A program made the translations under genes and the position numbers. A stretch of 64,000 bases of DNA. It comes from a phage. Numbering within the stretch: the stretch's first letter is position 1; every line of letters begins with the position of its first letter. Below the pieces are notes generated by a model. It saw only the letters and a list, made by a program, of their open reading frames with translations. It was not told where the DNA came from and searched no databases. Below, one piece after another: positions 9,194-18,337 of this stretch. The stretch lies in assembly GCA_020381345.1 (NCBI GenBank), contig GCA_020381345.1_3636.1. One strand, 5' to 3'.

Positions 9194-9499
9194 TTATTCT
9201 ACAGAGCGTTTGAACAGAATGTCTGCCTCAGACATGTGCTCAACCTCTTCTTCAATCTTAGCGCGACGTTTTTCAGCTTCGTAGCGGATATCAAACTCTG
9301 TAGCCACCAAAGATTTGATGAATTTAGGAGAATACAGATGATCCTGCTTCTCAACAAGAATGATATCCTTGATGGCATCTTTCAAATCTTTAATCTGAAG
9401 CTGGAGTTCCACCAGTTCTTCAATTGTTTTGCGAAGGCGATCACGTTCTGCAGTGTCAGAAGGAAGAGAGGTGAACAGTTCAACTTTAGATTTAGCCAT
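9194..9499 (-). CDS. hypothetical coiled-coil protein (101 aa)
   Basis: ORF track; followed by hairpin GAGGGGCTACGGCCCCTC. Confidence 0.5.
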   Translation of the reverse strand: MAKSKVELFTSLPSDTAERDRLRKTIEELVELQLQIKDLKDAIKDIILVEKQDHLYSPKFIKSLVATEFDIRYEAEKRRAKIEEEVEHMSEADILFKRSVE

Positions 9500-9527
9500 A
9501 GTAAGAGTCTCCTTATGTTGTTTTAAA

Positions 9528-9779
9528 TTAACGTTCTACAAAAATACCGTTCAGTTCAATAACCAGGAATTTCTGGTCTTCACTATCGTCTCGTGCCAGC
9601 ACCTCACAGACGTATCGGTCATCCCCATCATCATCGCAGTCAAATACAAGACTGAGGACTTTATCATGATAAACCTTCGCCACTATCGCCTCGTAAGTAT
9701 TGCCGATTGTGAATCCAAGATAATCTCCAATGCATTTGACAACAACATGATCGCCAGCATTCAAGTCAATCTTCGTCAT
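9528..9779 (-). CDS. hypothetical protein (83 aa)
   Basis: Internal ATG at 9779 with RBS AAGGGG 8 nt upstream. Confidence 0.45.
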   Translation of the reverse strand: MTKIDLNAGDHVVVKCIGDYLGFTIGNTYEAIVAKVYHDKVLSLVFDCDDDGDDRYVCEVLARDDSEDQKFLVIELNGIFVER

Positions 9780-9934
9780 TACTGCGCCCCTTGGGTAATA
9801 ATACTGTATGTAAAACTTTAACCAGAGATGTGAATAACGCCCCAAAACACACCGATAGCGCTAAAACAGACAAGGCCATCATTAAAGCTTCAGTAAAATC
9901 AGTCACCCCTCACCTCTTGTTAGTCACTATACTG

Positions 9935-10198
9935 TCATTTATCCTTGCCGTCAAGAACTTTTTTAAATCTTTCAGGGATATCGCCTGTTCTTAGATAGCT
10001 CATGACCTCACAAGGTTCCCACTTAAATTTCTTACAAAGCAGGGCGGCTGAGATTGTTTCATTGCGAAAAGAAAGGATATTAATATCCCATTCTGAGAAC
10101 CCCAACTTCCGAAGGGTAGCTACAGAAATCCTCACCGCAACCCAGCAGCAAAAACATGCAACAAACGCCACTGCTATAACCCACATCAGGATGTTCAT
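9935..10198 (-). CDS. hypothetical membrane protein (87 aa)
   Basis: N-terminal hydrophobic helix MNILMWVIAVAFVACFCCWVAV. Confidence 0.5.
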   Translation of the reverse strand: MNILMWVIAVAFVACFCCWVAVRISVATLRKLGFSEWDINILSFRNETISAALLCKKFKWEPCEVMSYLRTGDIPERFKKVLDGKDK

Positions 10199-10207
10199 AC
10201 AAGCACC

Positions 10208-10291
10208 TCACTGAAATACAAGACACAGTGCTAAGGTTACAGACCAGCAAATAACTAACAGTGCCGTTGCAACCTTGGCAAGATTTATCAT
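10208..10291 (-). CDS. small hydrophobic peptide (27 aa), not in ORF track
   Basis: Hand-translated MINLAKVATALLVICWSVTLALCLVFQ; ATG overlaps upstream stop as ATGA; GAGG 7 nt upstream. Confidence 0.35.
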   Translation of the reverse strand: MINLAKVATALLVICWSVTLALCLVFQ

Positions 10292-10575
10292 AGTGCCTCT
10301 AAGATTTCATATCCTTCGGGTCGGAATACAAGCCACTCCGTGGCTCCGTTTGGTCGATACGCTTTATACAGAACAACCTGATCTCGGCACATGCACATAG
10401 CTACATAGTTTTCATCCACACCTGCAGCCTGCATTGCAGCTTCTTCTCCGGCAACTGCTTTGCTTACAACCTCCTTAGTAGGCAGGTGTGCGATCAGCTC
10501 GTCACCATCATTAATTCCAAAATGGCTGAGCTCCCCATTGGTATCTTTAATCTTAATTTTAACCAGATCTTTCAT
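10288..10575 (-). CDS. hypothetical protein (95 aa)
   Basis: ORF track; start adjoins upstream stop. Confidence 0.5.
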   Translation of the reverse strand: MKDLVKIKIKDTNGELSHFGINDGDELIAHLPTKEVVSKAVAGEEAAMQAAGVDENYVAMCMCRDQVVLYKAYRPNGATEWLVFRPEGYEILEAL

Positions 10576-10904
10576 TAGTCTTCCTCCAGGTTCAAAGGCC
10601 CTAAGATTTCATATGCCAGATTAGAAGTTACCAGAGGGTCTTCTGCATCTTTAGTATTATACCACCCGTGAATAACCAGAGTCCCACTCTGTTTCATATC
10701 CAACTGGAACTGTTCTGCAGTTTCCTCATCCATCTCTAAGATTTCCATAAGGTATTTGATGTTAGGAAGGTATGCAGCTGTTACAGTTCCCTCCACCAAA
10801 CCTTCGGGCCAACCTACATCTGGATGACAAGTAGGAACCAGGTTGGTCAGCTTAATGGTGTACGCTTTTTCTGCACGAGCCTTCAGTAACTGGTCAATCT
10901 TCAT
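10575..10904 (-). CDS. hypothetical acidic protein (109 aa)
   Basis: ORF track; member of tandem small-gene array. Confidence 0.5.
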   Translation of the reverse strand: MKIDQLLKARAEKAYTIKLTNLVPTCHPDVGWPEGLVEGTVTAAYLPNIKYLMEILEMDEETAEQFQLDMKQSGTLVIHGWYNTKDAEDPLVTSNLAYEILGPLNLEED

Positions 10905-11254
10905 TATTCGTCCTCCTCTTCGGTGCCTGCTTCCAGTAATAAGTTAAGAATATCTTCTGCACAAGGCTCATAGAACTCTTGGCCTTCATTATCGATGATT
11001 TTGTAGTCATCTCCGCGAATAATCAGAGGATCACTCTCAAAATTATCGAGACCTTTAACAACGACAACACGATCGATTGCCATCATTGTAAGAACTTTAT
11101 CGACATCTTCCTCTGCTACACCATACTGCAGCAGAATGTCTTTGGTAGGAGGAACAGCATCCACCACAACGCCGTTACCAAAACCTTCTGGAAGTTTAGC
11201 TAAAATATCTTCCGGAACCACATTCACATCAAAACCGGTAATTTCTACTTTCAT
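10904..11254 (-). CDS. hypothetical acidic protein (116 aa)
   Basis: ORF track; MKVEITG-type N-terminus shared with neighbours. Confidence 0.5.
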   Translation of the reverse strand: MKVEITGFDVNVVPEDILAKLPEGFGNGVVVDAVPPTKDILLQYGVAEEDVDKVLTMMAIDRVVVVKGLDNFESDPLIIRGDDYKIIDNEGQEFYEPCAEDILNLLLEAGTEEEDE

Positions 11255-11515
11255 TTACAGCACCTCTTCGTCAACTACTTCATAAAAATGGCCTGGGATT
11301 GCAATAGCGTTCTCACCTTCACCTACAAACACAGTTCCGTCAAGAATCAACATCATAAGAATGTCTGGAATATCCTCTTCCGGAACGTTGCCAAAACTTT
11401 TAATCAGTTTGTAGGTTGGAAGATTTACCTCTAAGATGTCACCATCTTTAGAACGGAAATCTACACCGTCCTGAATCTCTGCCGTTTCAAGGTTTTTCAA
11501 TTTAATCTTCATCAA
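11255..11515 (-). CDS. hypothetical protein (86 aa)
   Basis: ORF track; MMKIKL N-terminus. Confidence 0.5.
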   Translation of the reverse strand: MMKIKLKNLETAEIQDGVDFRSKDGDILEVNLPTYKLIKSFGNVPEEDIPDILMMLILDGTVFVGEGENAIAIPGHFYEVVDEEVL

Positions 11516-11591
11516 TCAGTCTCCTGTCTTGTTAAGATGAAGGTATTATTTCACACAGGGTTGGTGTTGTCAACACCTGTGTGCAAGAAAA

Positions 11592-11987
11592 TTACTGAAA
11601 CAGTGCGGATAAATTACCTTCTGGTGGGAACTTATCTGCCAAAAACGGTGTTAGCACAGTAGCCTTCTGAAGATCTGGGGTCCACTCGTTGTTCAGAACA
11701 TCCCAGTAGTACGCAATGTTACTGTGTGGGTGCCGCATTACGAACTTTTTCCCTTCGTAGTCATCTGAAACCTCTACAGAAGAAATAACAACAGAATCTT
11801 CAAGGGTTTCTTCATAGAAAGATCCGCCTTCAAATTTCCAACGAGATGCAAGAGCCCCTGCCTTGAACGCTGCAGATAACGGACTGTCGGCAAGAACATA
11901 CATTTCTTGCACTCTGTCGCTGCGATCCTTGCTTCTTACGTTGTACACAGTATCTGAGCTATACTCAACACGGTATAGGCTTACCAT
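11592..11987 (-). CDS. hypothetical protein (131 aa)
   Basis: Paralog of 13794..14192 (shared HP-S--YW---WTP block). Confidence 0.5.
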   Translation of the reverse strand: MVSLYRVEYSSDTVYNVRSKDRSDRVQEMYVLADSPLSAAFKAGALASRWKFEGGSFYEETLEDSVVISSVEVSDDYEGKKFVMRHPHSNIAYYWDVLNNEWTPDLQKATVLTPFLADKFPPEGNLSALFQ

Positions 11988-12346
11988 TACCGCACCTCCT
12001 CAATAACTTCCACATCTGAACCCACCACAAATGCAAAAGGACAGGTTTCATGAAAGACATCCGGATCGCCGCCAAGCTTGCTAACAATTTCTCCACCACT
12101 AATAAACACAAGCTCACCGATATTCATCAGATTGCTGAAATAGTATCCATAATGATTAAAGAATGCAGCAGGGTCAGGTAGACTAGTAGCCTCAAGTTCT
12201 ACATCGGTTGAGATTACTTTCTTATCATAACCTCTCGCCTTCTGAGATGCAAGATCTGCAGAATCTTCAGGCGACCGGAGATGCACAGGAATTGTTTCAC
12301 CAATAAAGCGTACTTTCATATTATCACCCAACAACCATAGCTTCAA
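11987..12346 (-). CDS. hypothetical protein (119 aa or shorter)
   Basis: ORF track; internal MKVRFIGE start possible. Confidence 0.45.
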   Translation of the reverse strand: MKLWLLGDNMKVRFIGETIPVHLRSPEDSADLASQKARGYDKKVISTDVELEATSLPDPAAFFNHYGYYFSNLMNIGELVFISGGEIVSKLGGDPDVFHETCPFAFVVGSDVEVIEEVR

Positions 12347-12587
12347 AAGGGGTCATGAACGAATAAACGGCATCATCATCTGCTTCAGGGAATGCTCCCA
12401 AAGACTTCATGTCTGAGCCTTTGACAAATACAAGGTTTTGATCAAAAGCTTCTTGGGGGTCAATCCGATACATATTTCGTAGAATATCACCTACCTCTTC
12501 ATCAAGAGGTGAGTATGCTGTGCACGTTTTTCCGATCAAGCTTTGAGAATCAGGGTATCCACCTGAAGTTTTAAAATAAACAATCAT
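12324..12587 (-). CDS. hypothetical protein (87 aa)
   Basis: Resembles the 14205/14449/18104 family (GYP and VxVKGxDxxSxGA motifs). Confidence 0.5.
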   Translation of the reverse strand: MIVYFKTSGGYPDSQSLIGKTCTAYSPLDEEVGDILRNMYRIDPQEAFDQNLVFVKGSDMKSLGAFPEADDDAVYSFMTPFEAMVVG

Positions 12588-12678
12588 ATAGTATCACCTC
12601 TGGTAAGAGATTGGGATTCCTTTCCCACAAATAATTACAAACCTTCCTTATAGAGGAAGCATGCTAATCCAAGCAGGA

Positions 12679-12948
12679 TTATTCCTCTACAATCTCATAC
12701 ACATCAGGAGTTACAATCAACTCTTCTCCGTTACCCGGTGCAACAAACACCACCATGCCTTCAGGTGTGTGCTTTTTAGCCATCTCGATAACATCTTCTC
12801 GCAGAGCTGGCTCCATCAGATCAAAACCTTCACCCAGGGCATCACGAACCACCTTCATATAGTCAACTGGTTGTGCTTCGACAATCATGCCTTCAACCAG
12901 TCCACAGTTTTTGTCTGCCAGCTCAGTTTTGAATAATTTAATTTTCAT
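12679..12948 (-). CDS. hypothetical acidic protein (89 aa)
   Basis: ORF track; MKIKLF N-terminus. Confidence 0.5.
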   Translation of the reverse strand: MKIKLFKTELADKNCGLVEGMIVEAQPVDYMKVVRDALGEGFDLMEPALREDVIEMAKKHTPEGMVVFVAPGNGEELIVTPDVYEIVEE

Positions 12949-13085
12949 TTAGAGGTCTCCTCAATTATTTGATATTAATAGCCGTAACCTAACACATTAA
13001 CTACAACTGCGATTGCAAACATAATTTCAAAGCATGCAATCTCTACATTTGGGACTAATTTCTTAATCATACCTATTGTAGCACC

Positions 13086-13403
13086 TCATTCTCCAAAGTC
13101 AATCTTTACTTTGCCTTTCCCCTTACCTTTCTTTCCACCGCATTTAGCCAGCTGACGTGCTGCAACATCTACCATACGGTCAGTTGCCTCGTAAGCATCA
13201 CTACCTTTAGCCTTGGCAATAACTTCTTTTCCAGAATTGTCAAAAATGAGCGCCATAACTTCCTGGTGATCATTTTCAACTTTTACACTTACACGTGCAT
13301 GATTTACAGAAGGATGTAGACGCTCCAGTTTTGACATTTTGTGGGAAATGAAAGACACCATACCTTCGGTGATTTCTACGTTGCCAGTGATCTCAATTTG
13401 CAT
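13086..13403 (-). CDS. ribosome hibernation promoting factor / RaiA-family homolog (105 aa)
   Basis: MQIEITGNVEITE N-terminus, VKVE block and ARQLAK C-terminal motif match the short HPF/YfiA family as recalled from E. coli; Lys/Gly-rich tail. Confidence 0.75.
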   Translation of the reverse strand: MQIEITGNVEITEGMVSFISHKMSKLERLHPSVNHARVSVKVENDHQEVMALIFDNSGKEVIAKAKGSDAYEATDRMVDVAARQLAKCGGKKGKGKGKVKIDFGE

Positions 13404-13485
13404 AACGTGTTCCTTTTAAAGAAGAGGGAATAACTCTCTCTTTGAAAACAATAATACTATAACTGAAGCGTTGTGTCAACAGTTT

Positions 13486-13776
13486 TTACAGCTTGTTGTC
13501 GATAGTTTTTAAAATATCCACAGCGAGATCTGCCATTTTTCGAACATACTCTGCAAACTCAACAGGATCCTTGATCAAAGAATTCACAGGGTCGTACCCT
13601 AGAGCGTTTAAAATGGCTGCAGCATCTACAACCTTCTCATCATTTGCGAAGATCTCTCCGTCAAACTTGTAGGTCCATTTTGAGTCAACCTTAGCAGAGC
13701 AGGGTTTGTCCATGCTTGTTACACCATCGTCTTTAAACTCTCCTGCGTTATCAATATTTAGAATTAAATCCATCAT
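13486..13776 (-). CDS. hypothetical protein (96 aa)
   Basis: ORF track. Confidence 0.5.
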   Translation of the reverse strand: MMDLILNIDNAGEFKDDGVTSMDKPCSAKVDSKWTYKFDGEIFANDEKVVDAAAILNALGYDPVNSLIKDPVEFAEYVRKMADLAVDILKTIDNKL

Positions 13777-13793
13777 GGTGACACCTCACTGTT

Positions 13794-14192
13794 TCAGTTT
13801 AGCTTTTCTTCAACAACCCCATAACTTGGGGCAGAGTCAAGAGCTTTCTGGTTTAAAAGTGGCGTAGCAGAATCTGCAAACGGTGTCCAAGTTTTTGTTC
13901 TGGCATTCCAGTAATGCTTAACTCTGGAATCTGGATGCACTATAACAAAAACTTTTTCACTTGTCAACACATTAATTTCTTCTACACCCTTGCTGATAAT
14001 TTCTCCGTCATAGCCCCCAGTCTGGTATCCTTCGTACCAGGTTCTTGCATAGGCATAGCCAGCCTGCCAGCATGCAGCCTCCTCCGAGGTGGAGACTACG
14101 TAGAAGTCTTTCTCAAATTCTGGAATACGCCCTTGCTTTACGCTCCAAGCCCCGCGAATTTTCATTGTAACTTTAAACAGTTTATTTTTCAC
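13794..14192 (-). CDS. hypothetical protein (132 aa)
   Basis: Paralog of 11592..11987. Confidence 0.5.
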   Translation of the reverse strand: MKNKLFKVTMKIRGAWSVKQGRIPEFEKDFYVVSTSEEAACWQAGYAYARTWYEGYQTGGYDGEIISKGVEEINVLTSEKVFVIVHPDSRVKHYWNARTKTWTPFADSATPLLNQKALDSAPSYGVVEEKLN

Positions 14193-14204
14193 AACGGTTA
14201 CCCA

Positions 14205-14459
14205 TCACAGCTCTACAATATCTGCATCTGACCCTACCCCAAAGGCATAGTAGGACTCTTCCCCGAAATAATATTCAGGTGCACCAGCGGTGATCAGGTC
14301 TGATCCTAAGATAAACACCACGTTGTGGCCTACATAACTGTGATGTTGCCGCACAGGATCATCCCACGGCAACCCTTCAAAGTATACCGCAGGGACGACC
14401 TTTCCTTTCAGGAAGGATTGCCCCAAGTAGACGTTAGAATCAAGAATTTTAACCTTCAT
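14205..14459 (-). CDS. hypothetical protein (84 aa), MKVK-LDS family
   Basis: Paralog of 14449..14676 and 18104..18337 (MKVKxLD, YxGQ, GxDLIxAGA). Confidence 0.5.
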   Translation of the reverse strand: MKVKILDSNVYLGQSFLKGKVVPAVYFEGLPWDDPVRQHHSYVGHNVVFILGSDLITAGAPEYYFGEESYYAFGVGSDADIVEL

Positions 14460-14676
14460 GATCGTCCTCCACTATCTCTACATCCTCACCTAGGGCAAAG
14501 TTGTAGGTCCACTGACTGTCAAAGCATTCCTGAGATGCACCAGCGGCAATAAGATCTGCCCCTTTTATTTTTAAAAGGTCAGGGTAATCTTCGTTAGGGA
14601 CAGCAGTAAACACTTTCCCCACTAAAGGCTCCTGACCAATATAGAAGCTTGAATCTAAAACTTTAACTTTCATCAA
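14449..14676 (-). CDS. hypothetical protein (75 aa), MKVK-LDS family
   Basis: Paralog of 14205..14459. Confidence 0.5.
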   Translation of the reverse strand: MMKVKVLDSSFYIGQEPLVGKVFTAVPNEDYPDLLKIKGADLIAAGASQECFDSQWTYNFALGEDVEIVEDDHEG

Positions 14677-14960
14677 CGGTCTCCATCAGGTGGTTGTGGG
14701 ACGTAAACACTGTTACGAATATCGTCCGCAGTATAGTAATAAGTGTCTCCAACCCTATCTCTGGCTGCAATGTACTCTGCTATACCAATAAGTGCCATTG
14801 ATTTGGTGGCGTATCTTCCCCACTCGTTAGCTCCCCAGTAGAATTTAGACCAATAGGGAATAAGACCGAACAAATATACCTTTTGACGAACTTCCCAGTA
14901 AGTGCCTTTCCCGACAAGTTTAAACTCAACTTCACCACTGTTAATCTTTTTCATTATCAA
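14673..14960 (-). CDS. hypothetical protein (95 aa)
   Basis: ORF track; 4-nt overlaps with neighbours. Confidence 0.5.
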   Translation of the reverse strand: MIMKKINSGEVEFKLVGKGTYWEVRQKVYLFGLIPYWSKFYWGANEWGRYATKSMALIGIAEYIAARDRVGDTYYYTADDIRNSVYVPQPPDGDR

Positions 14961-15253
14961 TCTCCCTCTACCGTGGTCGGATTGTCAGTAAGAAATTGAG
15001 CATTAGCTGGAGGCACACCTGACATTTTCCACACGACCATAAGTTTGTAACCAGGCACTCTATTAAGCGCAGATCGAGTAGAGTTTGTGCACGTATACTT
15101 TCGCTTTCCAAACCCGTTCTCCATCATAATCCAGTACCCAGTATCTTTGTCACCAGGTATTGGTAGACCACCTTCATCAACCCACTGAATGGACCACGGC
15201 ACGATGGCTACAGCTTTATATTTAAACTTTTTAAACCACTCAAAAAGTTTCAT
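14957..15253 (-). CDS. hypothetical protein (98 aa)
   Basis: ORF track. Confidence 0.5.
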   Translation of the reverse strand: MKLFEWFKKFKYKAVAIVPWSIQWVDEGGLPIPGDKDTGYWIMMENGFGKRKYTCTNSTRSALNRVPGYKLMVVWKMSGVPPANAQFLTDNPTTVEGD

Positions 15254-15256
15254 AAT

Positions 15257-15346
15257 TCAGCCTCGCATAGACATAATCACTATAAACAGGCAAACAATGA
15301 ATCCGAATGCCACGCCACCCATAAACGTTAATATTGATGCAATCAT
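15257..15346 (-). CDS. small hydrophobic peptide (29 aa), not in ORF track
   Basis: Hand-translated MIASILTFMGGVAFGFIVCLFIVIMSMRG; lies between two tightly spaced genes. Confidence 0.35.
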   Translation of the reverse strand: MIASILTFMGGVAFGFIVCLFIVIMSMRG

Positions 15347-15348
15347 AG

Positions 15349-15534
15349 TCAATCAGCCTCGCTTGGCAACTCTTCCACCTTAACATGCCGAAAAGTGTTA
15401 CCGTAATGGTTGATCCATGACATCAGCTCACTTTCTTGCTCTTCCTCTGGGATGAACTCTCGAATACTGACAAGTTTTAAGAAAACCCAATCACAATCTG
15501 CACCCATTCTACCAGACAGACAATAGTGCTTCAT
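15349..15534 (-). CDS. hypothetical protein (61 aa)
   Basis: ORF track. Confidence 0.45.
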   Translation of the reverse strand: MKHYCLSGRMGADCDWVFLKLVSIREFIPEEEQESELMSWINHYGNTFRHVKVEELPSEAD

Positions 15535-15553
15535 AAAAACCCTCCATCCTGGT

Positions 15554-15754
15554 TTAGAATACTGCCTCTTTTAATGATCCAAGGAGCAGCAGGTGTGAAA
15601 TCTGATCCACATCCATGGTAGATTCAATCTCCTCTTTTTTGAAAGGTTCTCGGCAAAACAGTACTACATTTGGGTTTTCGCTACGCACTATATAATACAG
15701 ATCGTTCAAATCATTCTCATAGTAGGTATTAAATTTAAGAATTTTGTCACTCAT
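15554..15754 (-). CDS. hypothetical protein (66 aa)
   Basis: ORF track. Confidence 0.45.
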   Translation of the reverse strand: MSDKILKFNTYYENDLNDLYYIVRSENPNVVLFCREPFKKEEIESTMDVDQISHLLLLGSLKEAVF

Positions 15755-16038
15755 TTTCTAATCCTCTTCTTAGATTTTTGTGCAGAAACGCTTTCTGCAA
15801 TACGAGACAGGCGTTCTTCTGAAGCTTTACCTACCCCAGGTTTCTTGAGCGGGTTATCTTTATGACCGCAATCCAATTGGATGCTAGATACCTCCCCAAC
15901 CTTGTAAGTCAATTCTAACAAAAGGTTGTCGTCCTTGTCAAATGTTTTTACGATAAATTTTTTATCGTCCTCCTGAACTTCATACCTAGTACCTGCAGTA
16001 TACAGCATGGTGCCATCAGTGTAGGATATCCAAATCAT
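15751..16038 (-). CDS. hypothetical protein (95 aa)
   Basis: ORF track; basic C-terminus. Confidence 0.5.
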   Translation of the reverse strand: MIWISYTDGTMLYTAGTRYEVQEDDKKFIVKTFDKDDNLLLELTYKVGEVSSIQLDCGHKDNPLKKPGVGKASEERLSRIAESVSAQKSKKRIRK

Positions 16039-16382
16039 TGCACCTCCTTCTGCTGCAACAGCATTAACTCTTTGTTGGAAATCTTTACTGCTGTCTTTAT
16101 TGTTCCATCTTCACGGAACCACGACCAGAATTCTACAGTGTCACCACTATCAAGCAAGGCATGACCATGGTAAAAATCCTTGTCCTTAGACAGTTTCTCA
16201 TCTATATCTGCATCGACACATTCGTGATCCATAGCATTTTGCCTGAATGCATCGGTTATGCCAATGCATGCCTTGCTCTCAAGACTGGTATATCCGATAT
16301 CTTTTAATTCAGTTTCCCAAGTCCAGTATCCTACAAAAGCCACAACAGCTACCCACATTAATATCGATTTAATCTTTGACAT
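16035..16382 (-). CDS. hypothetical membrane/secreted protein (115 aa)
   Basis: N-terminal hydrophobic segment ILMWVAVVAFVGYW. Confidence 0.5.
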   Translation of the reverse strand: MSKIKSILMWVAVVAFVGYWTWETELKDIGYTSLESKACIGITDAFRQNAMDHECVDADIDEKLSKDKDFYHGHALLDSGDTVEFWSWFREDGTIKTAVKISNKELMLLQQKEVQ

Positions 16383-16442
16383 TCTCTCTACCTCTTTCTT
16401 AATTTGTTTAATTATGGCACATCCTTTGTGCCTTGTTGCACA

Positions 16443-16904
16443 CTACTTAAACAACAGTTCAAAATAGTGCAAAATTAACAGAAGTTGAATTACGCCTAGC
16501 ACAACAGCAAGTATGTTAATCTTAGAATCAAAAAACTTCTTAACTTTTACCCTAAAAGGTTCCTTAATGTCCTTTACGATCCTATCTATAGATGACCTCA
16601 TATCCCTGATTACCATCCTGAACATTAAAGACGGATGATCCCTCTCTGTAACGGAATCGAAAACATACTCTCTTTGATCACAAGGGCCGCCAGCTCTGCG
16701 TATTAACCTCTCCACAGAGACCTCGTACGACACACCTGTAACGTAATCATCTATGACAAGGAGTGACGGGTCTTTATCGTCCAAGGGTATCAAAGTTATC
16801 TTTCCAGATTTTGTTAAAATTTCTCCTTTTTCAAGTAAGGTGTACCAATGCTCTCTGCCAAGACTGTTGAGGCACGTTTTTACATATTTAACAAACATCG
16901 TCAC
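16443..16904 (-). CDS. hypothetical protein with C-terminal TM helix (153 aa)
   Basis: ORF track; C-terminal ILAVVLGVIQLLLIL. Confidence 0.5.
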   Translation of the reverse strand: MTMFVKYVKTCLNSLGREHWYTLLEKGEILTKSGKITLIPLDDKDPSLLVIDDYVTGVSYEVSVERLIRRAGGPCDQREYVFDSVTERDHPSLMFRMVIRDMRSSIDRIVKDIKEPFRVKVKKFFDSKINILAVVLGVIQLLLILHYFELLFK

Positions 16905-17104
16905 CCCTCATCGCACGTCTGATATAACCACTCTATAAAATCTTGATACCATTCGCCCTCTGAGCGCTCCGTAGGCCAATAATCTTCACCCTCTCGTGCA
17001 TTAAAATCTGAGTATTCAACTTTCCACTCCTTTACCAGCTCGTGGAGAAGGTTTTCAGCCTGCTCTAAAGATTTATTTTTTGCCATTGCTGTCTCCTTTT
17101 TCAA
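16901..17104 (-). CDS. hypothetical acidic protein (67 aa)
   Basis: ORF track. Confidence 0.45.
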   Translation of the reverse strand: MKKETAMAKNKSLEQAENLLHELVKEWKVEYSDFNAREGEDYWPTERSEGEWYQDFIEWLYQTCDEG

Positions 17105-17305
17105 GATAGTTATACATCAGAACTGCACCACCTAAGATGGCTACCAGTAACAATACCCCAGATAGCATCTCAATAAACATGGCTTGAAACACTGGAAGGT
17201 CTCCCTAAATTAACGCACCATTTTAAATACATGCTCTTTTCCCATAAAGGTGCCTGGCTAAGATCTGCGTAGAACGCAATCTCTTTAAGAACAGTATAAA
17301 CAGTT

Positions 17306-17542
17306 TTAGGTGCGGTCTCCATCCCTACTCTCCTTTTTCTCCTTACGGATATTCTTGTAGTAATCAACTAGGCACATTATTACAATGAAGATAACAATAG
17401 GCCAAAAAGGTGCAGCAGTGATGATGGTGATAAAATCATCAAACTCCACCTTTCGTCTAGCTAAGATGCATACACCTGTCAAGAATACCGCTGTTATAAC
17501 GGCTATTACCAGGTAACCTATTAGCACAGCATTTATACTCAT
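17306..17542 (-). CDS. small two-TM membrane protein (78 aa); holin candidate
   Basis: Two hydrophobic helices and a charged C-terminus (KNIRKEKKESRDGDRT). Confidence 0.45.
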   Translation of the reverse strand: MSINAVLIGYLVIAVITAVFLTGVCILARRKVEFDDFITIITAAPFWPIVIFIVIMCLVDYYKNIRKEKKESRDGDRT

Positions 17543-17573
17543 TAGTCCTCCCTTTTGTAGGTTAAATTATATA

Positions 17574-18107
17574 CTACAGATGGTTGCTTATGGTGTCAAG
17601 AAAATTATCTCGTTCTTTCTCGGAGTTTTCACGGGTGTAGCTGAAAAACATATCTAGAATAACCTTATTGATATATTCCAGCTCCTCTGTGTTCAGGTAC
17701 TTAGCAGGATCTACAATGACATCCCAAATATCATACAGACCACACTCATGATATCCATAACGCCACTCAATTGTCAAGCTGAGCGGCAAATCTTTACCGT
17801 CACAAACAACCTTCCATCTACATATGTTGGTATCTGGGCGTATCTGTGCACGGTATACCTGTACAAAATCCAATTTGAATTTGAGGTATTCGTCATGCAA
17901 TTTAAGCACAAAGTTCTCGATTTGTGGAGACACTTTTGCAGCAAACTGTGCGTATTTGTATTTGCACTGGATGATCTTTCTGCGTTTTGCAGTTAAATTT
18001 TTTGCCGCCAGTTGTTCTTCAGTGTATCTCCACCTACGATCAACAAACGCAACAGGGTCTTTGTCCCCATAGAGGTCTTCCCAGTTAATCAGAAGCATAC
18101 CTGTCAC
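17574..18107 (-). CDS. hypothetical protein (177 aa)
   Basis: ORF track. Confidence 0.55.
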   Translation of the reverse strand: MTGMLLINWEDLYGDKDPVAFVDRRWRYTEEQLAAKNLTAKRRKIIQCKYKYAQFAAKVSPQIENFVLKLHDEYLKFKLDFVQVYRAQIRPDTNICRWKVVCDGKDLPLSLTIEWRYGYHECGLYDIWDVIVDPAKYLNTEELEYINKVILDMFFSYTRENSEKERDNFLDTISNHL

Positions 18108-18337
18108 TCCTCCACAACTTCAAGGCCTTTACCGCCTCGCTCTGGCAGATTACTTAAAGATAGGTAATACATATAATCAGGAGAGATCCTGCCAGACTCT
18201 GCACCTGCAGATAGTAAATCTTTTCCCTTAACCATGACAACATTATCGTTTGCAGATAGTCGTTTTGCTTCCACAATTTTACCAACGCAGTCAACCAAGG
18301 AAGGGTACCCTAAATCTGTAAGAAATTTAACTTTCAT
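18104..18337 (-). CDS. hypothetical protein (77 aa), MKVK-LDS family
   Basis: Paralog of 14205..14459. Confidence 0.5.
   Translation of the reverse strand: MKVKFLTDLGYPSLVDCVGKIVEAKRLSANDNVVMVKGKDLLSAGAESGRISPDYMYYLSLSNLPERGGKGLEVVEE

Noticed and set aside
9236-9821. Plus-strand ORFs antisense to the minus-strand block (9236-9526, 9429-9821, and similar at 23808-24305, 41861-42442, 44560-45212)
   Set aside because: They overlap well-supported minus-strand genes, lack RBSs and have low-complexity translations
17073-17180. 35-aa hydrophobic ORF overlapping the start of 16901-17104
   Set aside because: No RBS and it overlaps a neighbouring gene out of frame; weaker than the other tiny peptides
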